A DNA stretch of 63,692 nucleotides, the filler included, from Myxococcota bacterium (GTDB taxonomy: Bacteria > Myxococcota_C > UBA6777), in NCBI GenBank assembly GCA_023150835.1. It is 3 parts of 3 records of this genome, joined end to end, with 100 filler letters (N's around TTAATTAATTAA, not from the genome) between each part and the next. Parts side by side here need not be neighbours in the genome. Positions count along the whole stretch, not along the records: positions 1 to 25,492 come from JAKLKB010000099.1; positions 25,593 to 51,070 come from JAKLKB010000100.1; 1 more part is not named here. One strand, 5' to 3'. The notes beneath the pieces are model-generated. The model did no database searches, was not told the DNA's origin, and saw only the letters and a list, made by a program, of their open reading frames with translations. The stretch's first letter is position 1. The number at the start of each line of letters is the position of its first letter. This document shows, piece after piece, positions 22,155 to 30,632 of the stretch. Both the position numbers and the translations under genes were made by a program.

Positions 22155-23300
22155 ATGCGTACCCCCGTACCCCCCAATCCTCATACACACAGTCACGACC
22201 ATGCCCACGAATGCGGCCATGATCATCATCACCACGAACATCACCACGAACATTACCACGAGCACGGCGAGGGTCACACGCATCCTCCCGAGCATCATAA
22301 CGAGCATAACACAGGTCATAACGAGCATAACACAGGTCATAACGAGCATAGCACAGGTCATAACGAGCATAGCACAGGTCATAACGAGCATAGGACAGGT
22401 CATAACGAGTATAGGACAGGTCATAACGAGTATAGGACAGGTCATAACGAGTATAGGACAGGTCATAACGAGTATAGCACAGGTCATAACGAGTATAGGA
22501 CAGGTCATAACGAGCATAGCACAGGTCATAACGAGTATAGGACAGGTCATAACGAGCATAGGACAGGTCATAACGAGCATAGCACAGGTCATAACGAGTA
22601 TAGTGCAGGTCATACGCACCATCACGAACACCACCACCCGCATGATGAGGGCCACGAACACCACCACGGGCATCACCACGAACACGGCCCTGACTGCCAT
22701 CACCACCACGAAGACGTCTATGATCCCGAAACAGGCGAGGTATTGGGGGGGTATCTTGACGACGAAGATCTTTCGGAGATGGATGGCTGCGAAACATCCG
22801 ATGCAGTCGAGACTTCTGGAGCGCATGACGCAACAACGTGTCACTTCTCTTCGCAGACAGGAGCGCGAGGCGGCGAGACTTCTTTGCAGGCAGAAGCGCG
22901 AGGCAGCGAGACCGATCCGCAGACAGCGCCCCCACGCACCGAAGGCGATGGGGATTCTTCTTCTTTGAGCGAAGACGAGAAAAGCGAGTTGGCTCTGGAT
23001 GATCTTCAAGAGCGTGTGATCGAATCTTTGCGTCGAGTCTATGATCCCGAAGTACCCGTCAATATCTATGACTTGGGCCTGATCTACAAACTTGAGATGG
23101 ATACGATGGGCCGTGTGGAAGTTCAGATGACGCTCACCACGCCCAATTGCCCTGTGGCCGAGTCGATGCCCGAACAAGTCCAAGCCGCGATCCTTGCGGT
23201 GGAAGGTGTCGAAACGGTACACGTCGATCTGGTGTGGGAGCCGCCTTGGTCGCCCGACATGATGGAAGAAGATATCCGCCTTGCGATGGGCTTTTTCTGA
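22155..23300 (+). CDS. sufT: SufT/DUF59 (MIP18-like) Fe-S assembly protein with a long His-rich N-terminal extension
   Basis: C-terminal VYDPEVPVNIYDLGLIY, MTLTTPNCPVA, LVWEPPWSPDMM; AAGGAG RBS before ATG 22155. Confidence 0.9.
   Translation: MRTPVPPNPHTHSHDHAHECGHDHHHHEHHHEHYHEHGEGHTHPPEHHNEHNTGHNEHNTGHNEHSTGHNEHSTGHNEHRTGHNEYRTGHNEYRTGHNEYRTGHNEYSTGHNEYRTGHNEHSTGHNEYRTGHNEHRTGHNEHSTGHNEYSAGHTHHHEHHHPHDEGHEHHHGHHHEHGPDCHHHHEDVYDPETGEVLGGYLDDEDLSEMDGCETSDAVETSGAHDATTCHFSSQTGARGGETSLQAEARGSETDPQTAPPRTEGDGDSSSLSEDEKSELALDDLQERVIESLRRVYDPEVPVNIYDLGLIYKLEMDTMGRVEVQMTLTTPNCPVAESMPEQVQAAILAVEGVETVHVDLVWEPPWSPDMMEEDIRLAMGFF
22296..22610 (+). repeat. 21-bp in-frame tandem repeat, 15 copies (HNE[H/Y][N/S/R]TG), inside sufT
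   Basis: CATAACGAG(C/T)ATA(A/G)(C/G)ACAGGT units directly visible. Confidence 0.97.
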
Positions 23301-23320
23301 TCGTTGGAGTGCGGTACTCA

Positions 23321-23428
23321 GACGATATCCGAGTGATGTACACAAAGGCGTCGTAGACGCCCGATTCTTGGGCAGCCACAGGGGGCTGCCCCTACCTCTT
23401 TACGATAACGCAACGGGCGGATGTCGTA
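23321..23428. repeat. Family A REP/MITE-like element
   Basis: ACGATATCCG ... GGGCAGCCACAGGGGGCTGCCCCTAC ... CGGATGTCGTA. Confidence 0.85.
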
Positions 23429-23449
23429 TCGTTTGATTGGAGTGGCGGG

Positions 23450-24469
23450 GTGTGTATGTGGGAAGTTGTCGAAGAACGACGCACGCAGATGATGCGAGTG
23501 CTTTCCGAGGGGGCAGATAGCGCCGAACAATGGGCTGAGATCGAACAAGCAGCCTCACGCCTTCAATCGGGGGGATTGGTGGCTTTTCCGACCGAAACGG
23601 TTTATGGGCTGGGTGCTTGTGCATGGAACGCAGAGGCGATCCGCCAAGTCTTCGTCTGCAAGGGACGCCCCGCAGACAATCCGTTGATCGTGCATCTTTC
23701 GCATCCCTCGGAGATATCTTTGTTTGCTGCGGAGATCCCTGCCTCGGCGGTGCGCCTGATCGATGCGTTTTGGCCGGGACCCTTGACGCTGATCTTGCCC
23801 AAAAAGCCCGAAGTCTTGGATATCTTGACTGGGGGATTGGATAGCGTGGCCTTGCGGATGCCTGCTCACCCTGTCGCGCTCGCGTTGATCGAAGCCGCAG
23901 GGCCTTTGGTGGCCCCAAGCGCCAACCGTTCGGGCCGTCCAAGCCCGACCCATCCTGCCCATGTTCGCCACGATCTCGGCCCTGAAGTGATGGTGATCGG
24001 CCATACGCCTTGCGCTTATGGACTCGAATCCACCGTCCTTGATCTCACCGCCACCCCCGCGATCTTGTGCCGTCCCGGGCATCTCGGGGCGCAACAGTTG
24101 TCCGCTGTTTTGGGCGAGCCTGTCGTCTCGATGACCAGCACTCTCGACGGTCACGCCCCCCGTAGTCCGGGCATGAAGTACACGCATTATAGCCCGAGCG
24201 CCGAAGTCCGTTGGGCGGATGCCTCGGTCCAGCCGCCCTCTCGAACGCTCTGGCTGGTTCACTCTTCTGTGCCGACGGCTGTGTCCGAAGATATCGCGGT
24301 CGTCGATTATGCGGGTGAATTTGCGCGGATGGCGCGTGAACTCTATGACCGCTTTCGCCAAGCCGACCTCGAAGGCCGACCTGCCGTCTGGATCGAGCCT
24401 CTCCCTCTTCCTCCCCACGATGGCGTCATCGCCGCTCTATTTAACCGCATCACAAAAGCCATCGGCTGA
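23450..24469 (+). CDS. sua5: L-threonylcarbamoyladenylate synthase Sua5/TsaC
   Basis: VAFPTETVYGLG, KGRPADNPLIVH, FWPGPLT, APSANRSG, GLESTVLD, SPGMKYTHYSP; exact start uncertain (possibly ATG about 23490). Confidence 0.95.
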   Translation: MCMWEVVEERRTQMMRVLSEGADSAEQWAEIEQAASRLQSGGLVAFPTETVYGLGACAWNAEAIRQVFVCKGRPADNPLIVHLSHPSEISLFAAEIPASAVRLIDAFWPGPLTLILPKKPEVLDILTGGLDSVALRMPAHPVALALIEAAGPLVAPSANRSGRPSPTHPAHVRHDLGPEVMVIGHTPCAYGLESTVLDLTATPAILCRPGHLGAQQLSAVLGEPVVSMTSTLDGHAPRSPGMKYTHYSPSAEVRWADASVQPPSRTLWLVHSSVPTAVSEDIAVVDYAGEFARMARELYDRFRQADLEGRPAVWIEPLPLPPHDGVIAALFNRITKAIG

Positions 24470-24476
24470 GCGTGTG

Positions 24477-24670
24477 ACCCTCACCCTCACCCCCCCACCT
24501 CCCTGCTGTCGCAGAGGCGTGGGGGGGGCCGCGCAGCGACGAGGTGAGGGGTACGCAAAATGTACCCCCGCAAGGAGCGAAGCCCCTTGACCCCGTACAG
24601 GCGAAGCGATCATTGTTTCCCGCACAGACAACTGTGTCGCTCGCAATGGCTGCGAACACGGGGGGTTTGT
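24477..24670. repeat. Family C hairpin (24477-24551) fused to family B copy 3 (24560-24670, minus strand)
   Basis: CCCTCACC..GGTGAGGGG; reverse complement contains CCCCCGTGTTCG..GAGCGAC..TACGGGGTCAAGGGG. Confidence 0.7.
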
Positions 24671-24708
24671 GACGGGTCCATTTTCGCCAGAGCGGAGGTT
24701 TGAGGTCG

Positions 24709-25326
24709 ATGCAAAAAGAACATTGGGAAAAAGTCTACACATCGAAAGCGGCGCATGAGGTCTCGTGGTTTCAGGAGCGAGCGGAGTTATCGTTGCGTCT
24801 GATTCAGGAGGCGGGGATCGCAAAAGAGGCATCGTTGATCGATGTGGGAGGGGGAGCCTCGACGTTGGTCGATGATCTGTTGGCGTTGGGGTACGAAGAC
24901 CTGACGGTGTTGGATCTGTCGGGTGCGGCGTTGGAGACGGCGAAGGCGCGGTTGGGAGCACAAGCAGCGCGTGTCCATTGGCAGGTGGCGGATATCCGAA
25001 CGGCGGTGTTTGCGAAGCATCGCTTTGATGTCTGGCATGATCGTGCGGTGTTTCACTTTTTGACTGAAGAGGCAGACAAACAGAAGTATGTCGAGCAGGT
25101 CTTGCATTCGGTGAAGCCGGGTGGATGGGTGATGGTGGCGACCTTTGCCGAAGACGGCCCGACGCGGTGCAGCGGTCTTCCTGTTGCGCGCTACAGTCCC
25201 GACGAGCTGCACGGCGTTTTCGGCGAACCGTTCTCGTTGATCCAGCACGTCCGTGAGTCGCATTATACGCCCGCAGGCAGCGAGCAAAAGTTCGTGTATT
25301 GCTTTTGTCGCAAAGAGGCTTTTTGA
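24709..25326 (+). CDS. Class I SAM-dependent methyltransferase
   Basis: HWEKVY, IDVGGGAS, LDLS, WHDRAVFHFL, TFAEDGPTRCSGL. Confidence 0.93.
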   Translation: MQKEHWEKVYTSKAAHEVSWFQERAELSLRLIQEAGIAKEASLIDVGGGASTLVDDLLALGYEDLTVLDLSGAALETAKARLGAQAARVHWQVADIRTAVFAKHRFDVWHDRAVFHFLTEEADKQKYVEQVLHSVKPGGWVMVATFAEDGPTRCSGLPVARYSPDELHGVFGEPFSLIQHVRESHYTPAGSEQKFVYCFCRKEAF

Positions 25327-25337
25327 GGGGGGGGTGA

Positions 25338-25492
25338 TACGATATCCGAGTTAGAGGGTGTTTGCGAAACTCGCTACATGACAGTTGAAGAAAACAACGA
25401 AAACTCGAGGGGTTCATTCAAAACAGATAGCGATGAAGAGGTCAGCGACGCAACAGAGCGAGGGCAGGCACGGGGGCCTGCCCCTACCTCTT
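25338..25492. repeat. Family A REP element at contig end
   Basis: TACGATATCCG start and GGGCAGGCACGGGGGCCTGCCCCTAC; 25413-25487 nearly identical to 39961-40035. Confidence 0.85.
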
Positions 25493-25592
25493 NNNNNNNN
25501 NNNNNNNNNNNNNNNNNNNNNNNNNNNNNNNNNNNNTTAATTAATTAANNNNNNNNNNNNNNNNNNNNNNNNNNNNNNNNNNNNNNNNNNNN
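25493..25592. other. Artificial contig spacer (N44-TTAATTAATTAA-N44)
   Basis: Six-frame-stop linker flanked by N runs; identical to 51071-51170. Confidence 0.97.
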
Positions 25593-25804
25593 GCAGACGT
25601 GCGCTCCGAAGAGAGACACACCCCCGACACACAGTAGCCCTCGTACTTGAGGTTGCTGCAATCGCAAGAGGCCGCACATTTGAGGCCGCTGGTGTTGTAG
25701 TCCGCGATCTGGATGCCGTATTTGCACTCGCCACCGCCCCCGCAAGAAACCACGCTCACCACAACACACCACCCCACTACGATCCATCCAAGCCAACGCA
25801 TCAT
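25593..25804 (-). CDS. 5' part of a fifth shared-module lipoprotein, cut by the contig end
   Basis: MMRWLGWIVVGWCVVVSVVSCGGGGECKYGIQIADYNTSGLKCAASCDCSNLKYEGYC. Confidence 0.85.
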
Positions 25805-26173
25805 AGACGAACGACTCCCTGCCTCAAACACTCCAGTTCCTCTTCGTTCCAACCAAAGCATCCTTTTCTCTCCTTTGAGCTACGGGACGTTCAAACAAAC
25901 GACTCTATCGCTTGACATGCCGCGAGTACAGGTTTTTTTTGGCACAAGCAACACCTGTTGTAATTTGGTTGCAAATACAGCGGGGCAGAAAAAACAGCGT
26001 CGCTCCTGTACCGAAAAAAATTATGCTCCATCAGCGGATAAGGATAAAGACAGGGACGTCGAACAGTTCCCACATCGCACCTTGAGAAAAGATGTTCCTG
26101 AAAACTAGAGAGAGCCACAAGAGGACTTGTGGCCTCGGAAGCTTCGTTGAGCAACAACAGAAAGGACTGGACG

Positions 26174-26238
26174 GTCAACGACCCACCCCTAAAGGGGCGG
26201 GCTTGTGAAAGCAAGTCCGGTTGACCAGACGACAACAG
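26174..26238 (+). mobile_element. Internally deleted IS200/IS605 (IscB/HEARO omega-RNA-like) mini element
   Basis: GTCAAC-GACCCACCCCTAAAGGGGCGGGCTTG-TGAAAG-CAAGTCC-GGTTGACCAGAC resembles the HEARO 5' end. It is absent from the paralogous site at 38706/38707 and is followed by ATGA. Confidence 0.75.
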
Positions 26239-26355
26239 ATGAGAAAAACATGGATGGCGTTTTTGCTGGGCTGCGGGATTTGTCTGCTGCTTCCCTCGGC
26301 AGCAAATGCGGGCTATTGCCCTGCCGATTGCGAAAGCTCTGTCCGCGCCAACTGA
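26239..26355 (+). pseudogene. Truncated paralog of the 38709-39476 secreted Cys-rich protein
   Basis: MRKTWMAFLLGCGICLLLPSAANAGYCPADCESSVRAN* versus MRKTGMAFLLGCGICLLLSSTANAAYCPADCENW; homology stops after CPADCE, and the RBS is displaced by the insertion. Confidence 0.8.
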
Positions 26356-26427
26356 AGCGAAACAGGTGGATCGGAATGCGAAAACAGGCTACAGCACAAA
26401 GCACTCTGCGCCTTGGTGGCTTCGTTG

Positions 26428-26632
26428 ACCTCACCCCTGCCCCTTCGGGGCATCCCCTCTCCACGCTTGCACTCACTACGTTCGTAGCGTAGAGAGGGGA
26501 AAAGGCCAAGGCCGATGGGTCGGGGGTTTTGGCTTTTTACAGAGAGCTACGCTCTTGCAGAAAGCTTCGATTTTCTCCCCCCTCGCCTCCGCAGCGTAGC
26601 AAGCGGGGAGAGGGGGCAGGGGGTGAGGGGTA
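26428..26632. repeat. Family C about 200-bp element with long terminal inverted repeats
   Basis: CCTCACCCCTGCCCC..CCCCTCTCC ... GGAGAGGGGGCAGGGGGTGAGG, with internal hairpins. Confidence 0.75.
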
Positions 26633-26744
26633 AGAAGAACCCGAATCCTCTGCCTATCTCGCGTTTTGTACCCCTGTAAGCCCCCCGTAAAAGCAGGAGA
26701 GAGGCTTTCCAAAAACAAAAAACAGGCGGGTAAAGCCCGATGCG

Positions 26745-29700
26745 TCAAGGAAAGCGTACAGGTGTGGTAGGTGCCGTTCGATCAAGCGAATCGCCTGCCC
26801 CAAGCTGGCCTTCGTGGTTCCTGCCCCAGCACTTGACGGTGTGGTCATCGAGGATAGCGCAGGTGTGACTTTCTCCCAAGGAGACGGCTTTTACGGTACG
26901 CCCCGCGCCAAAAGCAACGGGAAGTGTGGGTGGGACGGTTCGTGACATCGTATCACCCAACCCAAGCTGGCCGTAGTAATTGAGTCCCCAGCACTTGAGA
27001 GAGCCGTTATCAAGGAGCGCGCAGGAGCGATTAGTTGCGACGAAAACGGCTGTTGCGGTGCGCCCCGCCCCGAGATCGACGGGGGTTGCGGGAGGGGCTA
27101 TCCGTTGCGTGGTGTCACCGTAGCCGAGTTCACCGTAGGTATTGTTGCCCCAACATTTGACTGTGCCGTTGTCGAGAAGCACACAAGTATGGCTGTATTC
27201 CAAGGCAAGGGCTTTTGCGGTACGTCCCGCCCCCAAATCGAGGGGGGTTATGGGTGGAGCGCGTCGCATTGTGGTGTCACCGTAGCCGAGTTCACCAAAG
27301 GTATTGCTGCCCCAACATTTAACCGAAGCATCGTCAAGGATCGCGCAGGAATGGGATTTTCCTAACACCAAGGTTTTTGCGGTGCGCCCGCTGCCCAGAT
27401 CGACGGTGATTGTAGGCGGAGCGGTTCGGTTCACGACATCGTTGTAGCCGAGTTGACCGTAAGTGTTGCGGCCCCAACACTTGATCGAATCATTGTCAAG
27501 GATCGCACAAGCATGCGTTCCTCCCAAAGCAAGAGCTTTTGCGGTGCGACCCGTCCCGAGTTCGATGGGGTTGGCGGGAGGAGCGTTTCGATCGATGGTG
27601 TCGCTGTAGCCGAGTTGACCCACGTTATTGCGGCCCCAACACTTGAGGGTGTCGTTGTCGAGGATCGCGCAGGTGTAATAGTCGCCGACATCAAGGGCTT
27701 TTGCGGTGCGGCCTACGCCGATATCCACGACACCTGTAGGTGGGGAGGGTCGAGATACGGTATCACCGTAGCCAAGTTGACCGTACACATTCTGGCCCCA
27801 ACATCGGACTTGGCCGTTTTGGAGAGAGCAGTTGTGATACGCTCCAGACTTCAAAGCCATAAGGGGAGACGTGCAACGGAACAAACCGCATATCTGGCCG
27901 CTTGCGCAGGCGATGTTGCATCCGCCACAATGCGCGGCGGAAAAAGTATCCACACAAGTTCCGCTGCACGTGGTTTGACCGAGCGCAATCGATTCGCTTG
28001 TCACTTTACTGCGCATGGCAAAATCGCCGTAGCCGAGCTTTCCTTTGGTGTTGTCGCCAAAACAAACAGTGCGTTGGTTGTCCAAGACAGCGCAGGTGTG
28101 GGTCATGCCAACAGAAAGAGTCTTGGCGGTGCGAGCCAGACCGAAGTCCAAAGGGGCGGAGGGAGGGGCGGGTAGGTCTTTGTCTTGGCCGCTCTCGCCA
28201 TTTCCAAGTTGCCCTGCATCGTTTGCGCCCCAACAGCGGGCGGTTCCATCGTCAAGCAAAGCGCATCGATGCGAGCCAAGGCCCGAGAACAAGGCGTGGG
28301 CGGTACGACCCGCTCCAAAAGCCACAAGCTCGGCAGGGGGTTTGTTTCGGTCGGTGGTGTCGCCGTAGCCAAGCTGTCCTCGGCTGTTGTCGCCCCAACA
28401 CTTGACGGAACGATCATCCAAAAAGACGCAAACATCGGCACGACCGACGCTAAGGGATTTGACGCTGCGGCCTGCACCGACGTCGACGGGTTGAAGGTGG
28501 GGAGCGCTTCGAGGCACCTGATCGCCGAGACCGAGTTGGCCTTTGTCGTTTTTTCCCCAGCATTTGACGGTGTCGTTGTCGAGCAAGGCGCAAGTAAAAG
28601 CATCTCCCGCCCCCACCGCTTTGACACTGCGCCCGATCCCCACATCCACCGCCTTGGCATCGGGCGAAAGGCGCGAAGCCGAGTCCCCGTACCCAAGCTG
28701 GCCGTGCGCATTGGCTCCCCAACAGCGGAGGCTTGCATCATTCAACACAGCACAGGTGTGGGTCACTCCCGTCGCCGCCCCAACCACCAAACGCCCCACT
28801 CCCAAGTCCACCCCCCAAAAGATCGGCTTTTCGATATCGGTCAGGTTGCCATACCCCAACTGCCCGTAAGAATTCTTGCCCCAACAAGAAAGCCCTTGAT
28901 CAAAGGCCAACACACAGGTATGCGACTCTCCAAGCCAGATCTGCTTGGCTCGCTTTTCTGCACCCTGACCGATCACAAGTGTTTCGCTTGGAGGCAGAGC
29001 ATACAAAGCTTTATCTGCGTAGCCCAAAGGAGCGCTGTCACCATCCCCCCAACATTTGAGTTGACCACAAGCCGTAATCGCGCAAGTGTGCGAAACGCCC
29101 GCGACGACCGATAACAGCGAAGTACACCCCCCCGACACACAGATCTCGCCGACAGCACACGCCTTGCCGCACCCGCCACAATGGGCGGCGGAAGACAGCG
29201 TATCGACACAGCTTCCGTCGCAACGGGGATGCGTGGGTTTGCAATCGCACTTGCCCGAAGAGCATTGCTCGCTGAATGGAGCGCAAGGTCGGTTGCATCC
29301 ACCGCAATGCTTGGGGTCCGCAGCAACATCCACGCAGACACCTCCGCAGATCCCCGAAGCATCGCGGCATTTGCACTCGCCTCCCTCGCAACGCTCGTAA
29401 GGTGGGCAGGTTTTGCCGCATCTACCGCAATGTTTGTCGTCCGTCAAAAGATCCACGCAATCGTTGCCACAAACAGCGTAGCCTTGTTTGCAAGCACACT
29501 GCCCTCCCGAGCATTGCTTGCGCTCACCACAAGGATTCGCACATCTTCCGCAATGTAGGTTGTTGGTGGCGGTATCCACACAAACGCTGTTGCACTCGAT
29601 CTGCCCGTCGCTGCAACGACATTGACCGCCTCGACACAAGTTGCCTCCGCTGCAAGCCACATCACAGCGACCACAATGTTTGGGATTTGTTTGGGCGTCG

Positions 29701-30461
29701 ACACATTGACGGCCACAGCGTAGCTGCGCCGAAGGGCATACGATCTCCTTGCAGCTTGCGGCCTCACAGCGCCACCCATCGACGCAATCCTCATCTTTCA
29801 AGCATCCGCATTCTTCGTCGGTTTGGCCGTTGCAGTTGTTGTCTAAGCCATCGCAGAGTTCTTTTTGAGGCAGGATCTCGCCCGTACAGGCCCCCCATGT
29901 CGAATCCGCCCCACAGCTTCGGCTTCCTGCGCGGCAGATGCCGATGCCCAAGGTATGGAGCGTTCCCGTGTAGCAATTTTGGGTACGTCCCGCGACACAA
30001 AAAGGCGCACAGTCGGGATCTTCGAGATCGGTGCGACCATCACAATCGTTGTCTTGGCTGTCTGTGCAGGCTGTTGCAGTATTTTCGGGGGTGGGCGTGG
30101 GAGGGATGCAATCGCCCCAAACAAGCTCGGTCAAAGGCTCGGGTTGGGCTTCTTGTTGACCCCATTCACAAGCAGCGACTTTTTGCAACAGTTTGCATTG
30201 TTGGATCTCGCCCTTGCGTTGGGCTGCACGGCGTTGGGTCGAGACGCACGTCCCCGATACGCAGTAGCCCTCATACTTGAGGTTGCTGCAATCACAAGGC
30301 TTTTTACATTGGAGACCGCTGGTGTTGTAGTCGGCGATCTGGATACCGTTTTTGCACTCACCGCCGCCTCCGCAAGAAGCCATGCCCACCACAAAACACA
30401 AGGCCAACAAGCTTCCTCCCAACCAGCGCACCGCAAACAGCTTGACTCTCAACCAACGCAT
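26745..30461 (-). CDS. Lipoprotein: shared N-module, Cys-rich CVDxxxDxxHCGxC repeats, two RCC1-repeat blocks (paralog 1)
   Basis: Lipobox GMASC; many HTCA..CWGxNxxGQLG repeats; start ATG 30461 inferred because the longer ORF crosses a repeat element. Confidence 0.93.
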   Translation of the reverse strand: MRWLRVKLFAVRWLGGSLLALCFVVGMASCGGGGECKNGIQIADYNTSGLQCKKPCDCSNLKYEGYCVSGTCVSTQRRAAQRKGEIQQCKLLQKVAACEWGQQEAQPEPLTELVWGDCIPPTPTPENTATACTDSQDNDCDGRTDLEDPDCAPFCVAGRTQNCYTGTLHTLGIGICRAGSRSCGADSTWGACTGEILPQKELCDGLDNNCNGQTDEECGCLKDEDCVDGWRCEAASCKEIVCPSAQLRCGRQCVDAQTNPKHCGRCDVACSGGNLCRGGQCRCSDGQIECNSVCVDTATNNLHCGRCANPCGERKQCSGGQCACKQGYAVCGNDCVDLLTDDKHCGRCGKTCPPYERCEGGECKCRDASGICGGVCVDVAADPKHCGGCNRPCAPFSEQCSSGKCDCKPTHPRCDGSCVDTLSSAAHCGGCGKACAVGEICVSGGCTSLLSVVAGVSHTCAITACGQLKCWGDGDSAPLGYADKALYALPPSETLVIGQGAEKRAKQIWLGESHTCVLAFDQGLSCWGKNSYGQLGYGNLTDIEKPIFWGVDLGVGRLVVGAATGVTHTCAVLNDASLRCWGANAHGQLGYGDSASRLSPDAKAVDVGIGRSVKAVGAGDAFTCALLDNDTVKCWGKNDKGQLGLGDQVPRSAPHLQPVDVGAGRSVKSLSVGRADVCVFLDDRSVKCWGDNSRGQLGYGDTTDRNKPPAELVAFGAGRTAHALFSGLGSHRCALLDDGTARCWGANDAGQLGNGESGQDKDLPAPPSAPLDFGLARTAKTLSVGMTHTCAVLDNQRTVCFGDNTKGKLGYGDFAMRSKVTSESIALGQTTCSGTCVDTFSAAHCGGCNIACASGQICGLFRCTSPLMALKSGAYHNCSLQNGQVRCWGQNVYGQLGYGDTVSRPSPPTGVVDIGVGRTAKALDVGDYYTCAILDNDTLKCWGRNNVGQLGYSDTIDRNAPPANPIELGTGRTAKALALGGTHACAILDNDSIKCWGRNTYGQLGYNDVVNRTAPPTITVDLGSGRTAKTLVLGKSHSCAILDDASVKCWGSNTFGELGYGDTTMRRAPPITPLDLGAGRTAKALALEYSHTCVLLDNGTVKCWGNNTYGELGYGDTTQRIAPPATPVDLGAGRTATAVFVATNRSCALLDNGSLKCWGLNYYGQLGLGDTMSRTVPPTLPVAFGAGRTVKAVSLGESHTCAILDDHTVKCWGRNHEGQLGAGDSLDRTAPTTPVRFP

Positions 30462-30484
30462 ACTTTGGCTCCTTTTCGGGATAA

Positions 30485-30605
30485 TACGATATCCGAGAGC
30501 ATTGTACACGAAGGGCGGGCGCGATCTGCTATAGACGCCCTGTTCTTGGGCAGCCACGGGGGGCTGCCCCTACATCTTCCGCGTACACAATGGGCGGATT
30601 TCGAA
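30485..30605. repeat. Family A REP/MITE-like element
   Basis: TACGATATCCG ... GGGCAGCCACGGGGGGCTGCCCCTAC ... CGGATTTCGAA. Confidence 0.85.
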
Positions 30606-30632
30606 TAAATCGCGCAAGCAAAACAAACAAGA

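Noticed and set aside
22296-22610. 21-bp repeats (and the other tandem arrays) as CRISPR arrays
   Set aside because: No unique spacers, units are head-to-tail and in frame inside genes, and there are no cas genes.
25493-25592. TTAATTAATTAA palindrome in N runs (also 51071-51170) as a biological site
   Set aside because: Identical N44-12-N44 layout twice; a contig-joining linker. ORFs ending in it are artefactually terminated.
26174-26400. A complete, functional IscB/omega-RNA locus
   Set aside because: The HEARO-like sequence stops after GTTGACCAGAC, and no iscB or tnpA ORF is present in the window.
30462-30557. N-terminal extensions in the ORF track (also at 6649, 14005, 21987, 38553, 40417, 49511, 49950, 59045, 61772)
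   Set aside because: They run through repeat elements or neighbouring genes; downstream starts have a better RBS or signal peptide.
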